Assembly (NCBI GenBank): GCA_965214835.1
Contig: CBDCCK010000002.1
Location: 2,496,001 to 2,560,000 of the forward strand
Direction of reading: 5' to 3'
DNA length: 64,000 nt
Source of the DNA: Nitrosopumilaceae archaeon
Lineage (GTDB): Archaea; Thermoproteota; Nitrososphaeria; Nitrososphaerales; Nitrosopumilaceae
A model generated the notes under the pieces. That model ran no database searches. It had not been told where the DNA came from and worked only from the letters and a program-made list of their open reading frames with translations. This document shows positions 10,048-19,481 of this stretch, piece by piece. Position numbers and translations under genes: made by a program. Positions within the stretch are counted from its first letter, which is position 1. Every line of letters begins with the position of its first letter.

Positions 10048-10803
10048 TCAGGTAGATGCGCGATCTTCTGCGGGAGCTCCTTCCCGGGAGGTGGCCGCCT
10101 GCGTGTCCTGTAGCCGGCCACTCTTGGAGAGGAATGCACGCACGTCACACGGATATGTGACCCGTAGCCTGCCACGCGTTATGATCCCCATGTACTCGTC
10201 AAGCGTGACATGATCCCCGTCGTTTGATATGAAGAGCACGTTGTGGTCTCCTGCAAGCGTTGCGGCCTGGGCAAGCAGCAGGGCGTCTCCCCCCCTGCCG
10301 GCCTCCCTGCACAGACCGTCCAGGATCCCCCTCCTTTCATCCCGCCTCATGCGCCTTATGCCGCGTTCGCTGTACTTGTGGCCGTACTTCCTGTGGATCC
10401 AGTCGACGGCCTCGTCGGTATCCGGATGGTTCCGCATCCACAGCTGCCTTCCGGTGATGTTTTCCAGCATCTCCCTGTGACTGCCTATCCTGTTCGTATA
10501 GTCCTCAAAGCCCTCTGCCTCGATCCTCTCTCTTATCTCGTTCATCCTGTCCGTTCCCGCGCCGTCAAACACCACTCCCCTCTTCCTGTTGGACTGCCCG
10601 TCCTCCGACCATGTGACGTGTTTTTCCAGCTGGCTTGCGCTGGTCTTGAAGAGGATCTTCTTCTCGTTCCTCAGCACCGACCCCAGGCCCTGCACTAGGA
10701 CCGCCTCCTCCGCCTCCCTCCGGCTCCGCAGGTTCTGCCTGCCGAGATAATAAAGCAGCGTGCTAGTGTCAAAGGATACCAGCAGCTCCGACCTTACAGC
10801 CAT
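10048..10803 (-). CDS. PIN-domain-like protein
   Basis: N-terminal VSFDTSTLL and C-terminal GDALLLAQA...FISNDGDH fit the acidic PIN pattern; start taken at MAVRS. Confidence 0.55.
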   Translation of the reverse strand: MAVRSELLVSFDTSTLLYYLGRQNLRSRREAEEAVLVQGLGSVLRNEKKILFKTSASQLEKHVTWSEDGQSNRKRGVVFDGAGTDRMNEIRERIEAEGFEDYTNRIGSHREMLENITGRQLWMRNHPDTDEAVDWIHRKYGHKYSERGIRRMRRDERRGILDGLCREAGRGGDALLLAQAATLAGDHNVLFISNDGDHVTLDEYMGIITRGRLRVTYPCDVRAFLSKSGRLQDTQAATSREGAPAEDRAST

Positions 10804-11746
10804 GCGACACCAGCACAGGTCATCGTCTGGTATGGCAGAGGATGCGGTAAAAACATTGCGAGGGTCATGGTATGGGTCAGCCCGCCGGACTCTTCGGCCG
10901 CGGCTGCCCGGATGCATTGCATGCGGGATTGTGAGGCGCCGCTACTTCAACCTCATAAAAAATCAATTAGGCAGGGGCCAACCTATTGCCACGCCGACTT
11001 TGCATGAATCCATGTGGATTCTCAGGGATTCGCACGTCATGAGCCGCCTTTTTCTGCCGGACCGCCACGGCGCCGCACTTCCGGATCTCACAATACAGGC
11101 AGCGCTCCCTCAAGCACTGTTGATTCGCGCCGCGTCCTTTGCATCAAGGAGATCAAGCCGCCGCCTGACCCCTGCAGGCATGCCACGAACCGACGGAGCC
11201 GCGACTCTGCAGGTTCCGGGCCTGCCAGCGCGGATGCCCCCCGCGCATCCTGACGCCTACCACACTGGCCTGCCCGGATGCAAGCTCCGACATCAGCACG
11301 GCCCCGAGGACCTTCAGATCGTCGACGGAGCCGCCGGTGATCCAGCACAGGTTGTGGTGCGGACAATACGTACCAGTATCCATTGCAGTTACCCCGTTTC
11401 TGCTCAGATCGGCAGGCAGCAGCTTGGGCCTGCAGGCAAGGCCCAGGATGTATCCCGTCAATCGTTCTGTGCCATTTTGACGGGTTTCTCTTGGCGGTGT
11501 ACCTCCCCCCCGAGCGCCCCCTTGCGGGAGCGCAGATACGCCTCCGTCCACGGGTATCGATCCAGCCTTACCACGGTGCCGTCATCCTCAAACGGGCTGA
11601 GCATGTGGCTGCCCGACCGGCGGATTCTTCCGTTGCGGATGTCGCCTGAATGGACTATAGACACAAGGCGGTCTTCCTCCACCGTGGGGCGTGGCCCCAC
11701 ATGCGCATCACAAGCGTTAAAAATCGGGCCTCCCAGCCATACCAAC

Positions 11747-12418
11747 ATGGAGCGCATCCGGATCTTTTTGAGTCATGCAGCAGAGGACCGGATTGCTGCC
11801 AGGCGCCTGGGAGAGATGCTGACAGGGCAGGGTTTTGACGTGTTTGGAGCAGGCGATGATTTGGCGCTCAAAAAGGATTGGGAGGACGATATAAAGGATC
11901 TAATAGAAAAGTGCTCCATGTTCGTGGCGCTGCTGTCTGAGAACTTTAAAAACTCGGACTTTACGGATCACGAGGTCGGAATCGCCGTAGCGTACGACAG
12001 GAAGATATTTCCGGTCAGCCTTGATCATGTCACGCCCTATGGCTTTATGTTCGGGTTTGGGGACTCGCAGAAAATTGATCCGGGGATTGATCCGGATGAG
12101 GTGTCGGTGCTTGCACGGGCCATGAGATCGCTTCATGACGAGGATCGAAAAGCGATCGACGGGCTGATAGAGGAGATGCGCCGCGCCGACTCGGCTGAAG
12201 ACGCCGGCGCGGCAGCCTATGTGCTGTTTGAACACACCGCATTCTCCCCAAAGCAGATCAATGGCGTCGCCGCTGCGTTTCTTGAGAACGACAACATCAG
12301 CGGCAGCTGGATGGCAGAACCCGTGTGCCTGACCTTTCTCAACAGCAATTGGGATTTGATAGACCCCAGATACCGGGACGAGCTGAGCCAGATACACCCA
12401 GATCTGGGCCATTCCTGA
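11747..12418 (+). CDS. TIR-domain protein (TIR_2) with helical C-terminal domain, 223 aa
   Basis: IFLSHAAED, W..DI...I..C..FVALLSENF..SDFTDHEVGIA (catalytic Glu position), IFPV. TTAAAAA about 30 nt upstream. The longer ORF from 10760 is probably a spurious extension. Confidence 0.85.
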   Translation: MERIRIFLSHAAEDRIAARRLGEMLTGQGFDVFGAGDDLALKKDWEDDIKDLIEKCSMFVALLSENFKNSDFTDHEVGIAVAYDRKIFPVSLDHVTPYGFMFGFGDSQKIDPGIDPDEVSVLARAMRSLHDEDRKAIDGLIEEMRRADSAEDAGAAAYVLFEHTAFSPKQINGVAAAFLENDNISGSWMAEPVCLTFLNSNWDLIDPRYRDELSQIHPDLGHS

Positions 12419-12807
12419 ACGGGGATGCCGGGCAGGACGGCCCGGCGCGGCCGCCTAGACCAGGGCAGCATGCATCTGACCATGCCCCTGATCATCGGAT
12501 CCGTGCAGCCCGGCAGACTCCCCCTGTGAATCCGAGACAGGCTTCCCTTCCGGCATGAATCCCATGAATCGGGTCATCGGCGGCGGGCGGATCCGCTCAT
12601 GCGGATCATGTGAGGCACGGCCGGCCGTCATCCACACCCAGGATCAGGGATGGCCTCCAGAGCCCGAGCTGCTGCAGGCGGGGGATTTTACGCTGCTGCC
12701 GGTCGCAGGAGCGCTTGTCTTGGCTGCCAGAAGAAATCGTGCAGATGCGGATTTGCCGGTCCGCGGCAGGGTCTGGGTGGCTTCTGGAGGTCTTGTACTT
12801 CCGTCTA

Positions 12808-13221
12808 CTAGTCTGCCTCACACTCGACGCGCCGATGCCCGGAGACCCCGCTTCTGCGGCGTTGCTCCCTCACCGATTTAAACGCCGCAGCCAGCTTGTA
12901 CATTCTCCCTTCGGACATCTTGCTTCCATGGTACAGCTCAAACAGCGCCCCCATGCTTCGTTTTGACCCCTTCCTGTCATTCCACGCCAGCGTCTCGCAG
13001 TACATCTCCTCCATATACAGGTCCCCCAGGATGGTACGGCTGTTCAGGAAACGCCTCAGACTCCTCCGCCTGCCGGGATCCGGCTCGTACACGTCGATTA
13101 TGATCTCTCCCCTGCCGGGCACTGCATTCTCGCCGACGGTCACCGTCTCATGCCTGTATCCGCCCTCGCCATCAAAGACATACCGGGACAGCCTGTTCTC
13201 GTACCTGAAGCTGACACTCAA
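12808..13221 (-). CDS. Hypothetical protein (about 137 aa)
   Basis: 3' part of the 260-aa ORF has protein-like composition; TTG start assumed. Confidence 0.4.
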   Translation of the reverse strand: MSVSFRYENRLSRYVFDGEGGYRHETVTVGENAVPGRGEIIIDVYEPDPGRRRSLRRFLNSRTILGDLYMEEMYCETLAWNDRKGSKRSMGALFELYHGSKMSEGRMYKLAAAFKSVREQRRRSGVSGHRRVECEAD

Positions 13222-13606
13222 TGTGCAGATACAAGATCGCCTCCGCTTGTAAACGTTTATGCGGCGCTTCTGGGATCGATGGAGGGCCGGGGAGGCAGCC
13301 TTGGTGAAAATTTGAAGGCTTGGCCGGCCATACAAAAAACATTTCTGCGTGCGGTGATTGCGGTCTGACTGTGTTCGCGCCGCCTCCGGATGGACCGGCA
13401 AGATGGTCTGGGCCCGGTTGTCGCCCGGTACGCGAGTCACATCTGATATGGATGATGCCGGCACATCTGATTTTATGCCGTTTGGGGGGGGTTCCTGCAT
13501 CCGAATGGCCGCCGTCATGTTGCCTGCAGGCAGACACCCGGTACCGGGGCGGGCGGGGCCAGATGCGCCCCGATCCGGGGAGGCTGGCAAAAAAAAGTGG
13601 AGGATT

Positions 13607-14059
13607 CTAGTAATCCAGGATCACGGCACCCGCGTCGATGAGCCTCTGCATCTTTGGCATCTTCGGGTGCGAGTCGATCTCTATGCCCGGAAGCAGGTCG
13701 CCAGGACTCATGCCTGCCATTGCAATGCAGCGCTCGCACGCAATCACCCTTCCCCCAGAAGACATAAAGTCGACCATCATCTGGCTTGCCGGCTGCAGGA
13801 TCTGCTCGGGCTTGCCGGCGCCCGCCCTCACCCCGTCCACGTCCAGGAGTATGGCCACGTTTTTGCCGGAATCCAGCATCGCTGCTGCGTGCTGGACACC
13901 CATCATCACGCGGTGGCCCTCATCGGACGCTATGTGGATCAGCACCGGTCTGGCATGCGCGTCTGCCTCCTGCTCCTGGGCCGGAAACGCGGCCACGGCC
14001 ACCAGTAGGACGGCCGCAAAGGCCGGGACTGCCAGCGAGTATTTCATAACGGACTTCAT
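13607..14059 (-). CDS. Secreted DsrE/DsrF-like family protein
   Basis: Signal-peptide-like N-terminus; VAILLDVDGV and VIACERC...G.SPGDLLPG DsrE-type motifs. Confidence 0.75.
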   Translation of the reverse strand: MKSVMKYSLAVPAFAAVLLVAVAAFPAQEQEADAHARPVLIHIASDEGHRVMMGVQHAAAMLDSGKNVAILLDVDGVRAGAGKPEQILQPASQMMVDFMSSGGRVIACERCIAMAGMSPGDLLPGIEIDSHPKMPKMQRLIDAGAVILDY

Positions 14060-14225
14060 TGGTAACCGTTGCACCCAATGATAATAAACCGGATTGGAGG
14101 CTTTGTAAACGAAGAAGATTTGCAAAATGCATTATTACAAAAAGCATTTTCGAGTTTAAGACGATTACAGAACCAACTAAAAAAACGATGAAATTCGAAA
14201 TAAAATTTGCCAAATAGGATAATAG

Positions 14226-14336
14226 GTAACAGCTCGGGCTCTGGAAGTTGTTCCTGACTTCAGGCACGAATCTGCCCAAGAGGGATCTTCAAGGTAGCAA
14301 AACTCACACCTGAACTTCCAGAGCCCGAGCTGTTAC
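14226..14336 (+). mobile_element. IS66-type MITE, 111 bp, intact
   Basis: Perfect 24-bp TIR GTAACAGCTCGGGCTCTGGAAGTT; 8-bp direct repeat GATAATAG at 14218-14225 and 14337-14344. GTAA ends with an 8-bp TSD are IS66 hallmarks. Confidence 0.88.
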
Positions 14337-14342
14337 GATAAT

Positions 14343-14420
14343 AGACCTTGTGCGTAATCGGTGCAGATCAGAAAAATCAGGCAGCTTTCATGTCATTTTT
14401 GGCAAATACGCGTAAAGTCT
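14343..14420. mobile_element. IS5/ISL2-type MITE (about 78 bp)
   Basis: Ends AGACCTTGTGCGTAA...TACGCGTAAAGTCT resemble the IS5 ends at 27083/28800; AAT on both sides. Confidence 0.75.
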
Positions 14421-14438
14421 AATCCATGTCCCACACAC

Positions 14439-14666
14439 CTATTTGAGTCCAAATTTCTTTTTTACGTCATTATGTGATATGATGCGACCAGCTTTGACGT
14501 CTTCTAGTCCTTTTTGTACATCTGCAAGCTCTTGTTCAGTTAGAGTTACATCCTTGTTGTAGTGTTCCAGAATACGTACTACTACGCTTTCCAGGGATTC
14601 CTTTGGATAGTTGCGGTGACTTGCAAGCTCTTCTTTAACTTCCAGGGACAGTTTTACTGTACTCAT
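14439..14666 (-). CDS. Archaeal RelB-like antitoxin, 75 aa (orphan)
   Basis: MSTVKLS.EVKEEL...ESLESVV.RIL and GLEDVKAGRIISHNDVKKKFGL pattern. Confidence 0.7.
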   Translation of the reverse strand: MSTVKLSLEVKEELASHRNYPKESLESVVVRILEHYNKDVTLTEQELADVQKGLEDVKAGRIISHNDVKKKFGLK

Positions 14667-14737
14667 TTATACTACAATACACCATAGTGCAGTATGGTAT
14701 AATAACACGATCACTCGTGCCTAAAATACGCTTGTTT

Positions 14738-14846
14738 GCAACAGCTCGGACTCGAAGTTCGGGCGTGAGTTTTACTGCCTCGTAGGGGTTCCCGGGCAGA
14801 TTCATGCTTGGAATCAGGAAACGCCTTACAGAGCCTGCACTGTCGC
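14738..14846 (-). mobile_element. Degenerate IS66-type MITE copy
   Basis: GCAACAGCTCGGACTCGAAGTTC...CAGAGCCTGCACTGTCGC; inverted relative to the copy at 14226. Confidence 0.55.
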
Positions 14847-14906
14847 AACAAATCAAATTCCGAGTAAGTCATGCCGGCAAACCTCCTGACTGCAGGGGGT
14901 TTTTTG

Positions 14907-15017
14907 GTAACAGCTCGGGCTCTGGAAGTTCAGGCACGAATTTTGCCACCAAAAAGGGCCGCTCAAACAGGATTCATGCCTAAAATCAGGAGCAGTTTCT
15001 AGAGCCCGACCTGTTAC
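14907..15017 (-). mobile_element. IS66-type MITE, 111 bp
   Basis: GTAACAGCTCGGGCTCTGGAAGTT...TTCTAGAGCCCGACCTGTTAC; no TSD. Confidence 0.8.
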
Positions 15018-15185
15018 CTTCTGCCTGAACATGAGCAGGAATATGGCAGAGGCTGCAAAGATGCTGATGGCAGGGTAATCTACAATCAGCCAGTATTCGT
15101 TGCTGTCAATTGCCATCCCCACGGATATGACGGCTGCACCAAATGCCAGCAGTCCTACAAACACGGGATGTATTCTGCGCAGCAC
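15018..15185 (-). pseudogene. Small two-TM membrane protein paralog, 3' end replaced by a MITE
   Basis: VLRRIHPVFVGLLAFGA...DSNEYWLIVDY...FRQK is homologous to 24720-24902 and 54003-54185; the last codons are lost at the MITE junction. Confidence 0.7.
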
Positions 15186-15425
15186 AGGACAGTGCGGCCA
15201 CGACACCATACCTAGGATTTGATCTACCGGATCAAGGAAGCGGTTTGCTGGTGGCGCATGTGACGCAAAGACAGTCATCTTGACTCAGAGCACGTCGAAT
15301 CCGAGTGCATGCGCATCCGTTCGTGGCACACGCGCATCTGATGGACTGGTACGTCACCGTCACTGCGACAGGCGTGCATTTCTTTTATCATGTGCTCAAC
15401 TGCCGATGATCTCAGCCATATGTGA

Positions 15426-15722
15426 CTAGAATTTTTTTGCTTTTTTCATGCTACGTTCTAGTTTTTGACTGGCAGGCCCGGTCCAGAAGAACGAGCCATC
15501 CTTGCCAAACGTGATTTTGCCCTGTTTTTCTAAAATGTCCAGGACGAAGTTAAACGACGGGTATTGCATTCCCTTGGGAAGCATGCTGTACAGCTTGCGC
15601 TTGGTCTCAAACTCTTTGTTTTCGAGGATTAGTTTTTCGACCCGGACAAAACTTCTTAGCGTGGGATTGTGTTTCCTGCTCTTGTCTAGGATATAATCCA
15701 AAATGGCAGTTGGTTTGGTCAT
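15426..15722 (-). CDS. Small wHTH-like archaeal protein, possible antitoxin
   Basis: PTLRSFVRVEKLI...LYSMLPKGMQYPSF..VLDILEKQGKI; same strand, downstream of the RelE-like gene. Confidence 0.55.
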   Translation of the reverse strand: MTKPTAILDYILDKSRKHNPTLRSFVRVEKLILENKEFETKRKLYSMLPKGMQYPSFNFVLDILEKQGKITFGKDGSFFWTGPASQKLERSMKKAKKF

Positions 15723-15784
15723 TTTGCCTTCAACATGCTGTGCACGCCTGTGATATTTATACATATGTACGTTTATGTACTGTG

Positions 15785-16111
15785 TTAATATTTGAATCTG
15801 TTTTCATAGCTGCTGTGATCAGTTAGCTCCATAAGAAACGCTGACCTTTCTTCCCGAAAAGTTGTGATCGAATAGATCAGCCTCATGCCTTCGGGCAAAT
15901 ACACGTGAAATGCATTATCAATCCCATGTCTTTTTTTGTAGTATTTTGGTATGGTTTTGAATTTTATCCTCTCCCCTGAAATGACATCCTTTTTCAGATT
16001 CTCGATAATCCCTTCAACGTCTTTGAAAACTGCACCTGATTTATCCAAAGATGAGAACACCGGATCAAAATCTTTGTAGTCGCCATACACTTTCATTGAT
16101 GTATGGCGCAA
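15785..16111 (-). CDS. RelE-like toxin candidate, 108 aa
   Basis: Basic small protein with IPKYY...IDNAFHVYLPEGMRLIYSI...H..YENRF, resembling archaeal RelE-like proteins. Confidence 0.5.
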   Translation of the reverse strand: MRHTSMKVYGDYKDFDPVFSSLDKSGAVFKDVEGIIENLKKDVISGERIKFKTIPKYYKKRHGIDNAFHVYLPEGMRLIYSITTFREERSAFLMELTDHSSYENRFKY

Positions 16112-16247
16112 TCAATATCTAATATTGATATCTGAAAAAACATCCAAAAACAACCACCCAAGGCCGTGTCTTTTGTCGTGCTGAATCTCGTGGCTGTAAA
16201 ATTTTCTCAGAAAAAAAACACCGCAAAGCTTGTGAATGCAGCTGACG

Positions 16248-17531
16248 TAGTAACTATTGGAAGTAACCGATCACAAAAAGGACGGAAAATTTTCATCAAA
16301 GGATCTAAGATCCGGTACAACGTAACAATACATATGAAACCAGACGACTCGATGATTCCAATCAGGGGCAAGTTTCTTCCCAACGTCTCGGTCCCGTCCC
16401 TCCTTGAGAGGTACAAAAACGAGAGATTCCAAGGCCGCAGCCAGGCTGATGGCCTACATACGGCGCAAAGAAGGCGACTCGATACGCCAGATAGCCAGGC
16501 AGCTCGGCCGGGGGTACTCTACGATACGCGACTGGCTGATACGGGCCATGCAGCCTGGCATACGGGGCAGGTACGACATCAAGAGGCCCGGCACCAAGAT
16601 GTGGCCGGATGTAGGGAATCTCAGGCAGGTGCGCGCCGACCCGGTTGCGGGCCCGCGCAGCTGCGGATTCGAGTCGGAGGTGTGGGCCGCACCGCTGCTT
16701 GCGGTACACATCAAAAAGAAATACAAGGTAGACTATGACGTCTCCAGCGTATACAAGATACTGCACATGCCTGGGCTTTTCATGCAAAAAGCCCGCCGCC
16801 CAAAACACCCAAAATCAGCCTCAGAATCCGAGAAAGAGGAGTTCAAAAAAAAAGCTAGGTGGCACGTAAGGTACCATTCAAAGAGGGGGTACACGGTAAT
16901 GATGGGAGACGAGGCCTAGTTCATCCTTGGGTGGAACGTCAAGAACAGCTGGCATCCCGTGGGAAGGCCCGGTCTACGCGCCTTCCAACCTGTCAAAGGA
17001 GAGGTTCTATTCGTTCGGTGCCCTGTCGGCAAACGGACTTGACTGCCGCTTTTACAAAAAGGCCAAGTACGCGTTCATCAGGCTTCTCAGGGTGCTGCGC
17101 CGCAAGTACGGCAAGGTGCTGCTGTTTGTCGACAACGCATCGTATCACAGGGCCGCACTGGTCGGGGAGCAGCTGGCAGAATGGAATGGTGATGTGGCGC
17201 CAAAGTTCCTGCCGCCGTACACGCCAGAGCTGAGCTCGATCGACCTAGGACAAGCGCTTTAGGGTCTTCCTAGACTGGTTCCTGCCGCCGTACACGCCAG
17301 AGCTGAGCTCGATCGACCTAGGACAAGCGCTTTAGGGTCTTCCTAGACTGGTTCCTGCCGCCGTACACGCCGGAGCTGAGCTCGACAGAGGGGCAGTGGC
17401 GCGGGTTCAAAAAGGCGACTGCAAACCGCCTGCATCAGACCGTCGGCGAGATGCAAAAGTCTATACGCGTCATGTTGCGCAGGGACGAGATCAAGATCTG
17501 CAAGATGAGTGATTATCTCAGCTAGATACTA
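16248..17531 (+). mobile_element. IS630-family element with pseudogenised transposase (16334-17525)
   Basis: HTH region, MGDEA, FVDNASYH and FLPPYTPEL motifs; several frameshifts/stops; imperfect TAGTA..CTA ends. Confidence 0.85.
17205..17385 (+). repeat. Three 35-bp direct repeats separated by two identical 38-bp inserts (73-bp period) inside the IS630 transposase
   Basis: Repeat GTTCCTGCCGCCGTACACGCC(A/G)GAGCTGAGCTCGA at 17205, 17278 and 17351; insert TCGACCTAGGACAAGCGCTTTAGGGTCTTCCTAGACTG. Confidence 0.92.
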
Positions 17532-17786
17532 TGGCCATAGATGGGCAGACCGGGGAGGAGTATCATGTCAGATAGGGGGTGAGCTACTTTTCGGATCCCA
17601 CAAGCAGACCGGGGGGAGTCAATCTTCATATAAGACAACTGCAAGAGCAGGGCATGCCAATCCACCTGTATTCGTGTCCTAGGAGCCTGTTTTGGCGCAT
17701 GACGTATTCAATGCAGAACACACATGCGGCAGCCTGCCTGCCATGTCGCATGAAGATGTAAAAGAGTTCTGGAGAACACGTGTTTT

Positions 17787-19319
17787 TTGATCCGCATACA
17801 AAGCAGAACCACCTGCCTCCTGCTAGCAGCCATACTGGCGCTCTCTGCATATGTCCACCTGTGGAACCCGGCAGGGTTTCCGGGCTTGTTCTACGACGAA
17901 AGCATCTATACCAGGAACGCAGTACTGCTCTTGGACGCGGGCATCCTGCAACCCGACAGCTTTTACAACCATCCTTTTTTTGGCTGGATTGTCATGGCGG
18001 GATTCTTGGAGGCTACGGGATACAGGGAACTGATAGGTACGCTACCATCGACGGATCCGTCGTCACTCATGGCGATCTACGCGGTTCCGCGCATCCTCAT
18101 GGGAATGCTTGCTGTCTTGGACACGTTTCTGATTTACAAGATTGCCAAGAGAAGGTTCGGATGGAGGACAGGAATGATCGCATCGGCCCTGTTTGCGGTA
18201 ATGCCAATGTCGGGGCTTCTCAGGATGATCCTGCTGGACTCCATACTGCTTCCGATTGTGCTCTCCTCGATCCTCCTTGCCCTCTACGCCAAGGACTCGG
18301 GCAGGCCCACCGCACTAGTGGTCATGTCGGGCATGTGTCTCGGACTGGCCATACTCACAAAGATCCCCGCATTTGCAGCGATTCCACTGGTTCTGTTTTT
18401 GGTGTATGGTGTCAGGAAAAAACTAAGACAGGTTGCCCTGTGGTTCGTACCCGTATTTGCAATCCCGACGATCTGGCCGGCATATGCCATATCTGTGGGA
18501 GAGTTCGATCATTGGATATCCGGGATCACTTGGCAGGCAGGCAGAAGCAACGGCGGCCTGCGTACTGCGATGTGGAGTGCGTTTAACAACGATCCAGTCT
18601 TGATCTGCGTCGGGATGGCAGGCATTGCCCTGGCTACTGTATGCCTGACTCGGCGGGCGTGCAGGGAGCGTTCTGGCTCTTGGTTCATAGTGTTGTGGTT
18701 TGTACCGCCCGTTTTGTTCTTTGCGGCAATTGGATACGTGGTGCACTTCCACATAGGCAACCTGCTACCAGTGCTGTGCATCGCCGCCGCCATTCTCCTC
18801 ATGAAAGCCGGGGGGGTGATCAAGAGGCTCACAAGACATGCCACACAGAACCGCGTGATGGCAGGTATCGTGATCGTGGTCGTGGGATTCGGCCTTTATA
18901 CTACGGGCACGGTCGTAAACACGAACGCATCGCTTGCGCAGTTTGAAATGCTTTCATACGTACTGGAAAACGTAGACGACAAGGACACGGCAATCATCGC
19001 AAACAACATATTTGTGTGGATATTATCATATGTATATGGATACGACAACGCAATGTTGCATTACAACGTCGATCCCAAAATTGAGGTAGACAAGGTCGTG
19101 TTTATGATCGACTATGATTTTGCAGCCGACATGGATAACATGAGGAGGAAGATGGCCATGAATCCTGCCGACTCTGCCGGCTTGGTGTCAGCAAAGGATC
19201 AGCTCAAGTGGCAGTGGATGATCGGACTCCACGATGACGCCCATGTGCTGGCCAAGTTTGGGGGATCGGCGGACAGATCAGTCGAGATCAGAACCAACGA
19301 CGCGAACCTGCTGGGATGA
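17787..19319 (+). CDS. GT-C fold membrane glycosyltransferase (ArnT/PMT family)
   Basis: Multi-TM; FYDESIY, FYNHPFFG, LLDS, GLAILTK motifs. Confidence 0.85.
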   Translation: MIRIQSRTTCLLLAAILALSAYVHLWNPAGFPGLFYDESIYTRNAVLLLDAGILQPDSFYNHPFFGWIVMAGFLEATGYRELIGTLPSTDPSSLMAIYAVPRILMGMLAVLDTFLIYKIAKRRFGWRTGMIASALFAVMPMSGLLRMILLDSILLPIVLSSILLALYAKDSGRPTALVVMSGMCLGLAILTKIPAFAAIPLVLFLVYGVRKKLRQVALWFVPVFAIPTIWPAYAISVGEFDHWISGITWQAGRSNGGLRTAMWSAFNNDPVLICVGMAGIALATVCLTRRACRERSGSWFIVLWFVPPVLFFAAIGYVVHFHIGNLLPVLCIAAAILLMKAGGVIKRLTRHATQNRVMAGIVIVVVGFGLYTTGTVVNTNASLAQFEMLSYVLENVDDKDTAIIANNIFVWILSYVYGYDNAMLHYNVDPKIEVDKVVFMIDYDFAADMDNMRRKMAMNPADSAGLVSAKDQLKWQWMIGLHDDAHVLAKFGGSADRSVEIRTNDANLLG

Positions 19320-19481
19320 CTCCCGGATGCCAAGGACGCAGCCGGCGATCCCTTGCCCATTGCACCGTAATCGGTTAGGTTGAGCACGGGGAACCGGGGT
19401 GGAAAACAGGCACGAATACTAGGCTGCCGTAGGAACCTTGACCAGTTTGGCAGGCACGTCCAATCCGCGCATGCGCCATGT

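Noticed and set aside
10760-11746. N-terminal 329 aa of the 552-aa ORF as a TIR fusion partner
   Set aside because: Ala/Pro/Arg-rich run typical of GC-rich non-coding DNA; a TATA-like box precedes ATG 11747.
17205-17385. Bona fide CRISPR array
   Set aside because: Spacers are identical, the repeat is transposase coding sequence, and there is no leader or adjacent cas gene. Kept as a repeat and a finding only.
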